Shown: piece after piece, positions 50,901 to 60,177 of the stretch
How positions within the stretch are numbered: the first letter of the stretch is position 1
Layout: the number at the start of each line of letters is the position of its first letter
Notes under the pieces: generated by a model
Told to the model about the DNA's origin: nothing
Databases searched by the model: none
Seen by the model: the letters and a program-made list of their open reading frames with translations, nothing else
Program-made: the position numbers and the translations under genes
NCBI GenBank assembly: GCA_035221665.1
Contig: CM069167.1
Location: 14,198,001 to 14,262,000 of the forward strand
From: Okamejei kenojei
Lineage: Eukaryota
Direction of reading: 5' to 3'
Length of the DNA: 64,000 nucleotides

Positions 50901-53577
50901 GATAGCCAGGGTGGGGAGGAAGCTGGAGCTGTGGAGGCAACGCTCCCTCTCCATAACGGGAAAGAATTTGGTCATCAGGTGTGAGGTGCTCTCGGGGCTG
51001 CTGTACTTGGCACAAGTGTGGCCTGTTCCTCCCTCATACGCCACAGGGATCACCCGGGCCATCTTCCACTTCATCTGGGGGTCGAGGATGGATCGGGTGC
51101 GACGGGCTACAATGTACAAGTCGGCAGACAACGGGGGTAAAAGCGTGCCCAACGTCGCCCTCATTCTGATTGCCACCTTCGTGTGTGGCTGCATCAGGCG
51201 GAGTGTAGAGCCAAGGCACGTGGGCACCAAGTGTCACTACCTGCTGAGGTTCTACCTGTCCCCGGTGTTGAGAAGGATGGGCCTGGCGCAGGTGCCACGC
51301 AATGTGCCAGTCAGCTGGACATTGCAGCCCCATCTGTCGTCGGTGGAAGGGTTCTTCCGGACCAACACCTTTGACCACATGTCCATCGGGCAGTGGTCAA
51401 CACAGAATGTCCTGCAGGCACTGCAGGGAAAGGACTCTATGGACCCGGTGGCGTGGTTCCCTGAGCAGACTGCCCAGCTCGTCTGGCAAAATGCCTCATC
51501 GCCAGAACTCACCAACAAGCACCAAGACCTGGCTTGGCTGGCGGTGAGGGGAGCCCTCCCAGTCAGATCCTTCCTGCACCGTCGGAACCTCACTACCAGC
51601 GCACGCTGCCCTCGGGACGGCTGCTATGGCGAGGAGACGGTTGCCCACCTCTTCACAGAGTGTGGGTTTGCTAAAAGAGTCTGGAGAAAAATGCAAGGGT
51701 CCCTGGTACGCTTTATCCCGAACAGCTCCGTCACAGAGGACTCTGTGATTTACGGACTGTTCCCAGGGACACATTCAGAGACTGACATCGAGTGCTGCTG
51801 GAGGGTCATCAACTCGGTAAAAGACGCCCTTTGGTCTGCCCGAGCATTGTTCACCACCCAGCAGAGCGAGATGTCCGTCAGGGAATGTTGCCGACTGGCC
51901 CGCTGCAGACTGCAGGAGTACGTGCTGAGGGACGCACTGAAGCTCGGTGCAGCCAACGCCAAGGCTCGGTGGGGGAGGGCCACAGTCTAACGCCCTTCCG
52001 CTGCTGGACATGGGGGGTACAGTATGGTGGAGATGCCCCTCAATATAAGGGAAGGTATCCCACGCCACTGTAGCACGAGTGGGGGACTGACTTGTGGAAA
52101 TTTGGGGGAAAGAAATGTCTAAACTGTATTGATCTATTGTACAGCCTCCGAAAATGTCGGATGGATTTTCCGCAAGGTTAATGTATTGTATATATTTATC
52201 ATTCGAATAAAGTATATTTTGAAATAAAATAAAAAAAAGAACCGAGTGGAGGTGTTGGGTGAAGCGATCGCCAAGCCTGCGCTTGGTCTCACCGATGTAG
52301 AGCAGCTGACACCTAGAGCAGCGGATGCAATAGATGAGGTTGGAGGAGGTGCAGGTGAACCTCTGCCTCACCTGGAAAGACTGCTTGGGTCCTTGGATGG
52401 AGGCAAGGGGGGAGGTAAAGCGATGTGTGTAGAATTTGTTGCGGTTGCAAGGGAAAGTGCCCGGGGAGGAGGTTCAGTTCTGGGCACCGTGTAATAGGAA
52501 AGATGTTGCCAAGCGGGAAAAGGTGCAGAGAAGATTTACGAGGGTGTGAGCTACGGGGAGAGGGTGGGCAGGCTGGGACTCGATTCCCTGGAGCGCAGGA
52601 GGATGAGGGGTGATCTGATAGAGGTGTATAAAATCATGAGAGGAATAGATCGGGTAGATGCACAGAGTCTCTTGCCCAGAGTAGGGGAATCGAGGACTAG
52701 AGGACATGGGTTGAAGGTGAAGGGGAAAAGATTTAATAGGAATCTGAGGAGCAACTATTTCACACAAAGGGCGGTGGGTGTATGGAATGAACTGCCAGAG
52801 GAGGTAGTTGAGGCTGGGACTATCCCAACGTTTAAGGAACAGTTAGACAGCTACATGGACAGGACAGATTTAGAGGGATATGGACCAAGCGCAGGCAAGT
52901 GTGACGAGTGTAGCTGGGACATGTTGGCCGGTGTGGGCAAGTTGGGCTGAAGGGCCTGTTTCCACTCTATGACTCTATATGCATAAAGGATTATACTGTG
53001 CACAGACGCAACATGCTGGAGTAACTCAGTGGGTCGGGCAGCATCTCTGGAGGAAAGGAATAGGTGGAGACCCTTCAGCAGGTTCTGTGCAGTTGCATAA
53101 GTGACAAATGAAGCAGCATGAACCACTACCGGGAGACAGCAGCGGCTCCAAGTCCACAGCTTCAGTGAATTCCTGAGACATCTATGGGGTTTAGTTTAGA
53201 GATTCAGCACACGTTCACTCTCCTACACACAGTATGGACAATATTTAATTTTTACCAAAGCCTATGAACCTGCAAACCTGTGTGAGTGGAAGGGAACCGG
53301 AGCACCCGGAGAAAGCCCACGCGGTCACGGGGAGAGCGTGCAAACTGCGCACAGACAGCTCCCGTGGTCAGGATCGAACCCGGGTCCCTGGCGCTGTGAG
53401 GCAGCAGCTCTGCCGCTGCTCCACCTGGGCCCAAACGAGGAGAAGCTCAACCCCTTGCTGGCCTGGGTGCAGTGGAGTGTAACATGGGCAGGGTGCTGGA
53501 GTAACTCAGCGGGTCAGACAGCAACTCTGGAGAACGTGGGTTGAGTTGGGACCCTCCTTCAATTTGATTGTGTGTGT

Positions 53578-53609
<32 letters not shown>

Positions 53610-55622
53610 GGAAGCTGGAATGTGTGGGTGGGGAGGGGGGGGTGGGGAGATAGATTATCCCCCAACCACAACCGTTTGCCTTCTTTTCATCTTTAGCCTT
53701 TGTCACATGCTCCACCCATCTGTCAATCTTCACCTCCCTCGCCAGGAGTTAATCCTCCCCCATCTTACTTTTACAGTGCTCTCCCCCCCCCCCCCCCACG
53801 ACAATCAGTCCGACCCGAAACACTGCCTGTCATTCCCTCCGCACACCTGCTGAGTTATTCCATCACTTTGTGCTTTTTGCTCCAGGTTCCACCGTCTGCA
53901 GTTCCTTGTGTCTTCACGTGGGAGAAGGCGGGAATGTGGAGAGCCACGTCAGTCAGCCTGCCCACGGTTAAGTTGCCAGTTACTGAACCACACACAGCCT
54001 GGCCTCCTCCCCTGGTGAACTGGTACCACACACACATATCGCATGTACACATATCCGTGCACGCACACACACCCAAACACAGACCCACACGCAAATACCC
54101 TCCCCCCCCGACCGCACCCCACTGATCATTGCCTCCAGCACAGAAACATAGACAATAGGTGCAGGAGGAGGCCATTCGGCCCTTCGAGCCAGCACCGCCA
54201 TTCATTGTGATCATGGCTGATCGCCCCCAATCAATAACCCGTGCCTGCCTTCTCCCCATATCCCTTGACTCCACTAGCCCCTAGAGCTCTATCCAACTCT
54301 CTCTTAAATCCATCCAGTGATTTGGCCTCCACTGCCCTCTGTGGCAGGGAATTCCACAAATTCCACCAGTGTACACAGACTGGGTGCTGCCTCACTGTGT
54401 CTGCCCGACCGGCCCACCCCTCCCTCCGTACCTTCATGGCGGTGTTATAGATGGAGATAAACGAGGTGAACAGGTCCAGGTAGCGGGTGGTGAACACCAG
54501 GGCAAAGAGGAGCTGACTCTTCCCAGAGATACCTGCGGTACAGCAGCAGCAGATCAGGCACGTCCCGCTCACCCCGACCCCCTCCCCACTCCCCTCCCCG
54601 TCCCCCACGCCTCGCTCTCCCCGACCCCCTCCCCACTCCCCTCCCCGTCCCCCACGCCTTGCTCTCCCCGACCCCCTTCCCCACACCTCCCTCACCCTGA
54701 CCCCCCTCCCCCACCCCTCGCTCTCACTGATCCCCCCTCCCCACTCCCCTCCCCTCCCTGTCCCCCCACACCTCGCTCGCCCTGAACCCCCTCCCCACTC
54801 CCCGTCCCCATGCCTCATTCTCCCCGACCCCCCTCCTCACCCCCATGCCTCGCTCTCCTTGACCCCCCTCCCCACTCCTCCCCCACGTCCCGCTCACCCT
54901 GACCGCCCTCCCCACTCCCTGTCCCCCACCCCTCGCTCTCACTGACCCCCCCCCCCCACTCCCCTCCCCGTCCCCCACGCCTCGCTCTCTCTGACCCCAA
55001 CCCACGCTCCCTCTCCCCACATCCCACACCCCCTCCCCCGACCTACACTCTCTCCCCCCTGCCCCCCTCCCCATCACACTCACTCGCACATTCTCCCCTC
55101 GCCTTGTCCCCCTTCACTCCCTCCTCCTATTCCAGCTCCCTGCCCCCCTCCTCACATCTCCCACATTCCCACCTCCCTTCACTCCTCCTTTCCCTCATTT
55201 CACCCTCACTCCCCCGGCCTTCCCCTTCCACTTCTTCCCTCTCCCCCAGTTCTCACTTTCACTGTCATTTCCATCTCTCACCCCCTCCCTCTCTCTCCCT
55301 CCCCCTGCCCTCTATCATTCTCTCCCCCTCTCACCCTCTCCTTTCCCCCTTTCTCTCTCTCTCTCTCTCACTTTCACTCACTCACTGTCCCACTCACTCA
55401 CTCACTCACTCTCTCACTCCCCCTCTCCCCTGTCCCACTCACTCACTCTCATTCCCTCTCTCCCCCCTCCCCTCCTTCTCTCCCACACTTTCACTCTCAC
55501 TCTCACCTTCCCCCTCTCCCCCTGTCCTCACCGGCACAGGACTTGGTGCTGTACATCTTGGCGAGCAGGATGAGGATGGCGAAGAGGTGGGACAGGTCCC
55601 CGGCCAGACGGAACACGTTCAT
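32889..55622 (-). CDS. KDELR3: ER lumen protein-retaining receptor 3, spliced CDS: complement(join(32889-32929,35527-35779,44677-44835,54432-54532,55532-55622)); 645 nt, 214 aa
   Basis: Exon sizes 91/101/159/253/41 with GT-AG junctions. [13 protein letters not shown]...[21 protein letters not shown]...[12 protein letters not shown]...[36 protein letters not shown], the 214-aa length and adjacency to DDX17 favour paralog 3. Confidence 0.93.
33780..35151 (+). mobile_element. Non-autonomous Helitron, with a CR1 3' fragment nested just before its 3' end
   Basis: A|TCTATATAATTAAAAGT 5' end; GGACCC-AAC-GGGTCC subterminal hairpin ~34733-34747; CTAG|T at 35148-35152. The flanks rejoin as a CR1 sequence (cttatagaaacaca|taaaattataaaag). 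Confidence 0.8.
35527..35779 (-). CDS. KDELR3: KDELR3 exon 4
   Basis: [21 protein letters not shown]...[10 protein letters not shown]. Confidence 0.95.
35955..37840 (+). mobile_element. Cluster of CR1 LINE 3' fragments
   Basis: [34 protein letters not shown] motifs. Confidence 0.85.
38545..40560 (-). mobile_element. Cluster of CR1 LINE 3' fragments
   Basis: [13 protein letters not shown]...[14 protein letters not shown]...[11 protein letters not shown]. Confidence 0.85.
41895..43531 (+). mobile_element. Non-autonomous DIRS-type (tyrosine recombinase) retrotransposon
   Basis: Left ITR ~41895-41956; ICR 43207-43314 complementary to both termini; right ITR plus extension ~43424-43531; ATT at both ends; decayed recombinase motif SHSTRAA...ILAAAGWS near 42885-42970. 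Confidence 0.88.
43555..44625. mobile_element. Nested CR1 3' fragments on both strands
   Basis: [19 protein letters not shown] motifs. Confidence 0.8.
44677..44835 (-). CDS. KDELR3: KDELR3 exon 3
   Basis: [53 protein letters not shown]. Confidence 0.95.
44866..45158 (-). mobile_element. tRNA-derived SINE (HE1/V-SINE-like); further copies near 11665-11990(+), 31905-32200(-), 53190-53420(-), 59337-59620(-), 60830-61125(-), 63690-63905(-)
   Basis: Head GGCACGGTGGCGCAGCGGTAGAG (A box) and GGTTCGATCC (B box); V-domain TTCCTCCCACA; CR1-like tail. Confidence 0.8.
46861..46898 (+). pseudogene. U2 snRNA 5' fragment (approx. nt 10-47) fused to the retrotransposon 5' end
   Basis: CGGCCTTTTGGCTAAGATCAAGTGTAGTATCTGTTCTT matches vertebrate U2, including the GTAGTA branch-point recognition sequence. 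Confidence 0.92.
47062..48571 (+). CDS. Tx1 ORF1 (gag-like, ZCCHC3-like, 3x CCHC zinc knuckle), with one frameshift in a T-run near 47244-47248
   Basis: [18 protein letters not shown]...DFPGNGYF / DVTFKYP...[42 protein letters not shown]. Confidence 0.85.
48583..51990 (+). CDS. Tx1 ORF2: AP endonuclease, reverse transcriptase, zinc finger; uninterrupted (~1135 aa)
   Basis: SLNVRS, LQE, GDFN, SRID, SDH (APE); [38 protein letters not shown] (RT); [16 protein letters not shown]. Confidence 0.93.
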   Translation: MELKLASLNVRSIKSTARCVNALQYLAKVKADVTFLQECGLPHLRCYRRWSRWWPHGLSVWSGGNDCRASGLGILLRGGNFTITEVKEVVGGRLLVVDVMYRGSPLRLINVYASPTQSERLAVLQQLPVLLATSRQLVLAGDFNCIIDAAGRSGSADSRLDSTSKFLMEMVKDAKLRDAFSDPAGGSQPRFTWSRSDGLARSRIDFVFTTKAVTVRHTDLTPVFFSDHCLLQAFCHLREDRKAGRGTWKLNTKLLTPENVEELKRDYACWRTVKPLFDSPTLWWEATKENIKRFFIFQGVQRARQSQRELCQLQTDLQQLLLLQSSGVDVREELRELKDRQAQLFTSESSKIIFRSRVRHVEQDETCSRFFFHNVHRGSSVMNSLREEDGTVASSQTDMLRICKSFYTDLYDQKTTDSASSQNFLSSITEVLEDSKRESLDQPLTLEELTGSIRSFDSNKTPGSDGLPAELYLALWDWMGPDLLEVYNDMLLAGSMSDSMRKGNITLIYKQKGEMKDIKNWRPITLLNVDYKILSKAIANRVKSALGQVIHPDQTCAVPGRKISDSLALLRDTIAYVQDRRVDACLVSLDQEKAFDRISHTYMRDVLSKMGFGEGIRNWIKLLYTNIRSAVQINGWESDSFPVRSGVRQGCPLSPVLFVCCIEPFAESIRKDAGIRGVTLPGCGGIQVKTSLYMDDVAVFCSDPGSVRRLISICDQFESATGARVNRRKSEAMLFGNWPDRSSVPFTIKPDFLKVLGIWFGGAEACNKNCLERIARVGRKLELWRQRSLSITGKNLVIRCEVLSGLLYLAQVWPVPPSYATGITRAIFHFIWGSRMDRVRRATMYKSADNGGKSVPNVALILIATFVCGCIRRSVEPRHVGTKCHYLLRFYLSPVLRRMGLAQVPRNVPVSWTLQPHLSSVEGFFRTNTFDHMSIGQWSTQNVLQALQGKDSMDPVAWFPEQTAQLVWQNASSPELTNKHQDLAWLAVRGALPVRSFLHRRNLTTSARCPRDGCYGEETVAHLFTECGFAKRVWRKMQGSLVRFIPNSSVTEDSVIYGLFPGTHSETDIECCWRVINSVKDALWSARALFTTQQSEMSVRECCRLARCRLQEYVLRDALKLGAANAKARWGRATV
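52471..52978 (+). mobile_element. CR1 3' fragment (continues 46305-46473, host of the Penelope/Tx1 nest)
   Basis: [24 protein letters not shown]; the two halves join across the nest. Confidence 0.8.
54432..54532 (-). CDS. KDELR3: KDELR3 exon 2
   Basis: [33 protein letters not shown]. Confidence 0.95.
54560..55525 (+). repeat. C-rich minisatellite and low-complexity tract filling KDELR3 intron 1
   Basis: Degenerate units such as CCCCGACCCCCTCCCCACTCCCCTCCCCGTCCCCCACGCCTCGCTCT, then CT/CTCA runs. Confidence 0.9.
55532..55622 (-). CDS. KDELR3: KDELR3 exon 1
   Basis: gccATG AAC GTG TTC CGT; donor G|gtgagg. Confidence 0.94.
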
Positions 55623-55689
55623 GGCGCCCGGACTCTGGACACAAACTTGCCCCAAACTCTGAGCGAACTTGGCGGCGGCGGCAGCGGCT

Positions 55690-55735
55690 TCTCCCCGGTG
55701 ACGTGGCCGCTCCTCCAGCCCCCGCCCACAACACA
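55690..55735 (-). promoter_or_regulatory. KDELR3 proximal regulatory region: UPRE-like TGACGTGG (55699-55706) and GC box
   Basis: Exact TGACGTGG ~80 nt upstream of the ATG; GGGCGGGG nearby. Confidence 0.55.
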
Positions 55736-55764
55736 GAGTCCAGTGAGAAGGTAGATCGGCCCCG

Positions 55765-56930
55765 GACAGTGGGACAGGGGGACAGGGGCAGTGGGACAGG
55801 GGGGAGAGGAGAGGGACAGTGGGGCAGGGGGACAGGGGGGAGAGGGACAGTGGGACAGGGGCAGTGGGACAGGGGGAGAGGGACAGTGGGACAGGGGGAG
55901 AGGGACAGTGGGACAGGGGCAGTGGGACAGGGGGAGAGGGACAGTGGGACAGGGGCAGTGGGACAGGGGGGAGAGGGACAGTGGGACAGGGGGACAGGGG
56001 GAGAGGGGCAGTGGGACAGGGGGGAGAGGGGCAGTGGGACAGGGGGACAGGGGCAGTGGGACAGGGGGACAGGGGCAGTGGGACAGGGGGGAGAGGGGCA
56101 GTGGGACAGGGGGGAGAGGGGCAGTGGGACAGGGGGGAGAGGGGGAGAGGGGCAGTGGGACAGGGGGGAGAGGGGCAGTGGGACAGGGGGAGAGGGGCAG
56201 TGGGACAGGGGGGAGAGGGGCAGTGGGACAGGGGGGGAGAGGGGCAGTGGGACAGCGGGGAGAGGGGCAGTGGGACAGCGGGGAGAGGGGCAGTGGGACA
56301 GGGGGGAGAGGGGCAGTGGGACAGGGGGGAGAGGGGCAGTGGGACAGGGGGAGAGGGGCAGTGGGACAGGGGGACAGGGGCAGTGGGACAGGGGGACAGG
56401 GGCAGTGGGACAGGGGGGAGAGGGGCAGTGGGACAGGGGGGAGAGGGGCAGTGGGACAGGGGGGAGAGGGGCAGTGGGACAGGGGGGAGAGGGGCAGTGG
56501 GACAGGGGGGAGAGGGGTCAGTGGGGACAGGGGGGAGAGGGGCAGTGGGACAGGGGGGGGGAGGGGCAGTGGGACAGGGGGGAGAGGGGCAGTGGGACAG
56601 TGGGGAGAGGGGCAGTGGGACAGGGGGAGAGGGGCAGTGGGACAGGGGGAGAGGGGCAGTGGGACAGGGGGGAGAGGGGCAGTGGGACAGGGGGGAGAGG
56701 AGCAGTGGGACAGGGGGGAGAGGGGCAGTGGGACAGGGGGAAGAGGGGCAGTGGGACAGTGGGAGAGGGGCAGTGGGACAGGGGGGAGAGGGGCAGTGGG
56801 ACAGGGGGGAGAGGGGCAGTGGGACAGGGGGAGAGGGGCAGTGGGACAGGGGGGAGAGGGGCAGTGGGACAGGGGAGAGGGGCAGTGGGACAGGGGAGAG
56901 GGACAGGGGGGAGAGGGGCAGTGGGACAGT
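55765..56930 (+). repeat. G-rich ~23-bp minisatellite (GGGGCAGTGGGACAGGGGGGAGA, ~50 degenerate units), followed by a GA-rich tract to ~57510
   Basis: Directly visible; explains the spurious long ORFs at 55619-57541. Confidence 0.95.
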
Positions 56931-57527
56931 GGGATGGGGAGAGGAGAGGAACAGTGGGACGGGGGGGAGAGTAGAGGGAGGGAGGGAGAGGGGGGACAGG
57001 GGGAGACAGTGGGATGGGGGAGAGGGACAGTGGGACTGGGATGGGGGGAGAGGAGAGAGAGAGAGGGACAGGGGGAGACGGTGGGACGGGGGGAGGAGAG
57101 GAGGAGAGAGGGACAGTGGGAGAGGGGAGAGAGGGAGAGGGGAGAGAGGGAGAGGGGGGGTGGAGAGAGGGGGGGTGGAGAGAGGGGGAGAGGTAGAGGG
57201 GGCAAGGGAGAGAAGGAGGGGGAGTATGAAAGAGTGAGAGATAAGTGAATGAGAGGAGGAGAGAGTGTGAGAGGGGGAGAGTGAGAGAAAGGGTGAATGA
57301 GTGAGGGAGAGGGAGAGTGAATGAGGGAGTGAGGGGATAAAAGAGGGCGAGGAAGAGTGAGAAGGAGAGAGTGTGAGAAGAAGTGAGGGAGGGAGAGAAA
57401 TGGTGAATGAGTGAGAGTGAGAGAGGGAGCGAGGGAGGTGTGAGTGGGTAGAGTGGGAGTGAGCGTGAGGTGAGGGAGTGAGGTGAGGGACGGAGGGAGG
57501 GAGAAGGAGGCACGAAATACTAGTTTA

Positions 57528-57890
57528 AGGGGCTGTCCCACTGCGGTGACCTAATCCGCGAGTTCTGGAGAGTTTGCCCTCGACTCAGACTCGCAGCATG
57601 GTCGACACGAGGTCCTAGGAGGTCTTTGTAACTCTCCTTCATGCTCGAGAGTGGTCCCCGCGTACTCGAGGCCTCAGCTAGGTCGCGGCGTATTTTTCAA
57701 CATGTTGAAAAATGCCCGCGAGTAAAAAAAGGTCGCCATGGAAAAAATGAATACTTTTTTACTGGTAGGTTTAGTCGTAGTAGGTCGGCATGTTAGTCGT
57801 AGGTAATCGAGGGTAGTCGTAGATAGTCTTCATCGAGGTCGAAGGAGGTCGTCTTCACTCTCCACTACTCGGTGTCCAATTTTTCCGAAC
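57528..57890. mobile_element. One-ended Harbinger-like fragment
   Basis: TA-AGGGGCTGTCCCACT terminus, related to the other two MITEs. Confidence 0.5.
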
Positions 57891-58570
57891 GTTCAGTGAT
57901 CTGTGGACATGCTCGACATGGTCCCTCTGTTCCTCATCTTCCCAGTAACTGATCGTCTGTTCCCTCTCCCCGACCACACACCAGGGCACAGATATCCTCC
58001 TCATTGGCTCTTACTTAACACAGAACAGACTTAAAAACCGTGCGTGCGCATATCAATCTCTTCTCCTGCCAGTGAGCCATGGATTGGTCTTTTCTCCAGT
58101 CACTCCGCCCCTTCCTGAGCCATCAGGTCTTTACTAGAGCTGAGGATGGCCGACACAATTTTCGGAGGGACCGGAAACGTTCCGGCCCGGCGCGGGAGAT
58201 GTCGCCAAACGGAAAGTGGAGACTCTGATCCTGCCGGAGGAGAAAGACCAGTGACCAGCACCCGCTGTGAGTCCCCTTCGCACTGTCAGCTCCATCCCCT
58301 TCCCCTCTGGTCCCCCTCGCTGGTTCCTGTCCCCTCCCCCATGATACCCTCCTCCTGATCCCCGACTTTTCTCCAAGCTCTCACCCCCTCCCCCGCCCAC
58401 ATGCCCCCCTGCCCCCATCACACCACTCCCCCCGCCCGTCCACACACCCTTTGCCCCCACAAACCCCCCCGGCCAAAGCCCCCCCCCCCCCTCACAACCC
58501 CCCCCCCCCACCCTCACAACCCCCCCCCACCCTCACAACCCCCCCCCCACCCTCACAACCCCCCCCCCCC

Positions 58571-59187
58571 CGAATAATGTGGTGGAATAATGCATTGGGC
58601 AATCGGGTGATTGGTGGAATAATGCAATCGGGGATTGGGTGAGTGGTGGAATAATGCATTGGGGGATCGGGTGAGTGGTGGAATAATGCATTGGGCGATC
58701 GGGTGAGTGGTGGAATAATGCATTGGGGGATCGGGTGAGTGGTGGAATAATGCATTGGACGATCGGGTGAGTGGTGGAATAATGCATTGGGGGATTGGGT
58801 GAGTGGTGGAATAATGCATTGGGCGATCGGGTGAGTGGTGGAATAATGCATTGGGGGATCGGGTGAGTGGTGGAATAATGCATTGGGCGATCGGGTGAGT
58901 GGTGGAATAATGCATTGGGGGATTAGGTGAGTGGTGGAATAATGCATTGGGCGATCGGGTGAGTGGTGGAATAATGCATTGGGGGATCGGGTGAGCAGTG
59001 GAAAAATGCATTGGGGAATCGGGTGAATAGTGGAATAATGCATTGGGGGATCGGGTGAGTGGTGGAATAATGCATTGGGGATCGGGTGAGTGGTGGAATA
59101 ATGCATTGGGGGATTGGGTGAGTGGTGGAATATTGCATTGGGGAATGGGTTGCGTTGGGGGACCAGGCCTCCCGTGTGACTGTCTAG
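58571..59187 (+). repeat. 32-bp minisatellite (~18 units, GGGTGAGTGGTGGAATAATGCATTGGGGGATC) ending in a Helitron-like 3' end (CTAG|T)
   Basis: Tandem units visible directly; the terminal GGTGGAATATTGC..TTGCGTTGGGGGACC matches the Helitron at 34689-34712. Confidence 0.8.
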
Positions 59188-59794
59188 TTTAAAAAAACCT
59201 GATTCCTGATATCTTTTGTCCCCAGTAATCATGGGACATTTGCCTTTATCTTTTGCTCTTTCAGGACCACACTGGCCCTGATCTCTCACTGTGAAATGTA
59301 GACCTCTCCCAATGTATTTTTTAACCTGGTACCATCTAGTTTAGTGATACAGGTCCTTCACCCCACCGAGTCCCCACCGACCAGCGATCCCCGCACACTA
59401 ACACTGTCCTACACATCACTCGGGACAATTTACAATTTTTACTGACGCCAATTAACCTACAAACCTGTACGTTTTTGGAATGTGGGAGGAAGCCGGAGCA
59501 CCCGGGGAAAACCCAGGCGGTCACTGGGAGAACGTACAAACTCTGTACAGACAGCACCCGTAGGCAGGATCGAACCCGGGTTTCTGGAACTGTAAGGCAG
59601 CAACACTACTGCTGTGCCACCCAATTTCTATTGATATTAGAAACATAGAAAATAGGTGCAGGAGTAGGCCATTCGGCCCTTCGAGCCAGCACCGCCATTC
59701 AATGTGATCATGGGCTGACCATCCACCATCAGTACCCCGTTCCTGCTTTGTCCCCATATCCCCTGACTCCACGAGCCCATGGAGGTATATCGAT

Positions 59795-60177
59795 AGGGCC
59801 TGTCCCACTTGGCCGTCATTTGCGCCTCATTCACGCATCATAAGTAAAATAGGTGGACGCGTCGTGAAGCGCGACGTCGCGCGCAAATCACGGGTCAGCA
59901 CGGCCGTCTGGTGCACGTGACGTCATTAGAATACCCTGCGGCGCGCGGCGACGCATGGTTACGGACGTTGCCGCACGGTGGCGTAACCATGCGTCACCAC
60001 GCGATACACGTGAGCCGTTACGAGAATTTAGTTACACTACGAAATCCTGGAGTGCCGCGCGATACCGAGCGCCACCGCATGCGATTCCACGCCTCACCGT
60101 GCGCAATGCGTGCGTCGCCCACGCGTCGACCTACCTTACATATGACGCGTAAATGAGGCGCAAATGGGACAGGCCCT
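59795..60177. mobile_element. PIF/Harbinger-like, CpG-rich palindromic MITE
   Basis: TIRs AGGGCCTGTCCCA / TGGGACAGGCCCT plus subterminal inverted repeats (CATTTGCGCCTCATT / AATGAGGCGCAAATG). Confidence 0.75.

Larger units (their letters stand above)
46861..52238 (+). mobile_element. Full-length Tx1-clade non-LTR retrotransposon, Keno-like (U2-associated)
   Basis: 5' U2 snRNA fragment; ORF1 with three CCHC knuckles; ORF2 with APE, RT (YMDD) and a C-terminal zinc finger; AATAAA and A-tail at 52206-52238. Confidence 0.92.
46475..52470 (-). mobile_element. Penelope-like element 3' remnant (GIY-YIG C-terminus plus pLTR/hammerhead tail), split by the Tx1 insertion into 52239-52470 and 46475-46860
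   Basis: [34 protein letters not shown] joins in frame to [18 protein letters not shown]...[23 protein letters not shown] when 46861-52238 is removed. Confidence 0.85.

Noticed and set aside
48720-51983. Multiple antisense ORFs over Tx1 ORF2
   Set aside because: Shadow ORFs of GC-rich coding sequence.
55619-57541. 640-aa Pro-rich ORF and antisense 423-485-aa Gly-rich ORFs
   Set aside because: They are translations of a stop-free minisatellite that is open in several frames; no domain content.
58146-58166. MADTIFG resembles the N-terminus of RPH3AL/Noc2 as I recall it
   Set aside because: Similarity ends after 7 residues and no matching downstream exons were found.
58571-59150. Regular ~32-bp repeats resembling a CRISPR array
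   Set aside because: Units are head-to-tail with no unique spacers, there are no cas genes, and the context is eukaryotic.
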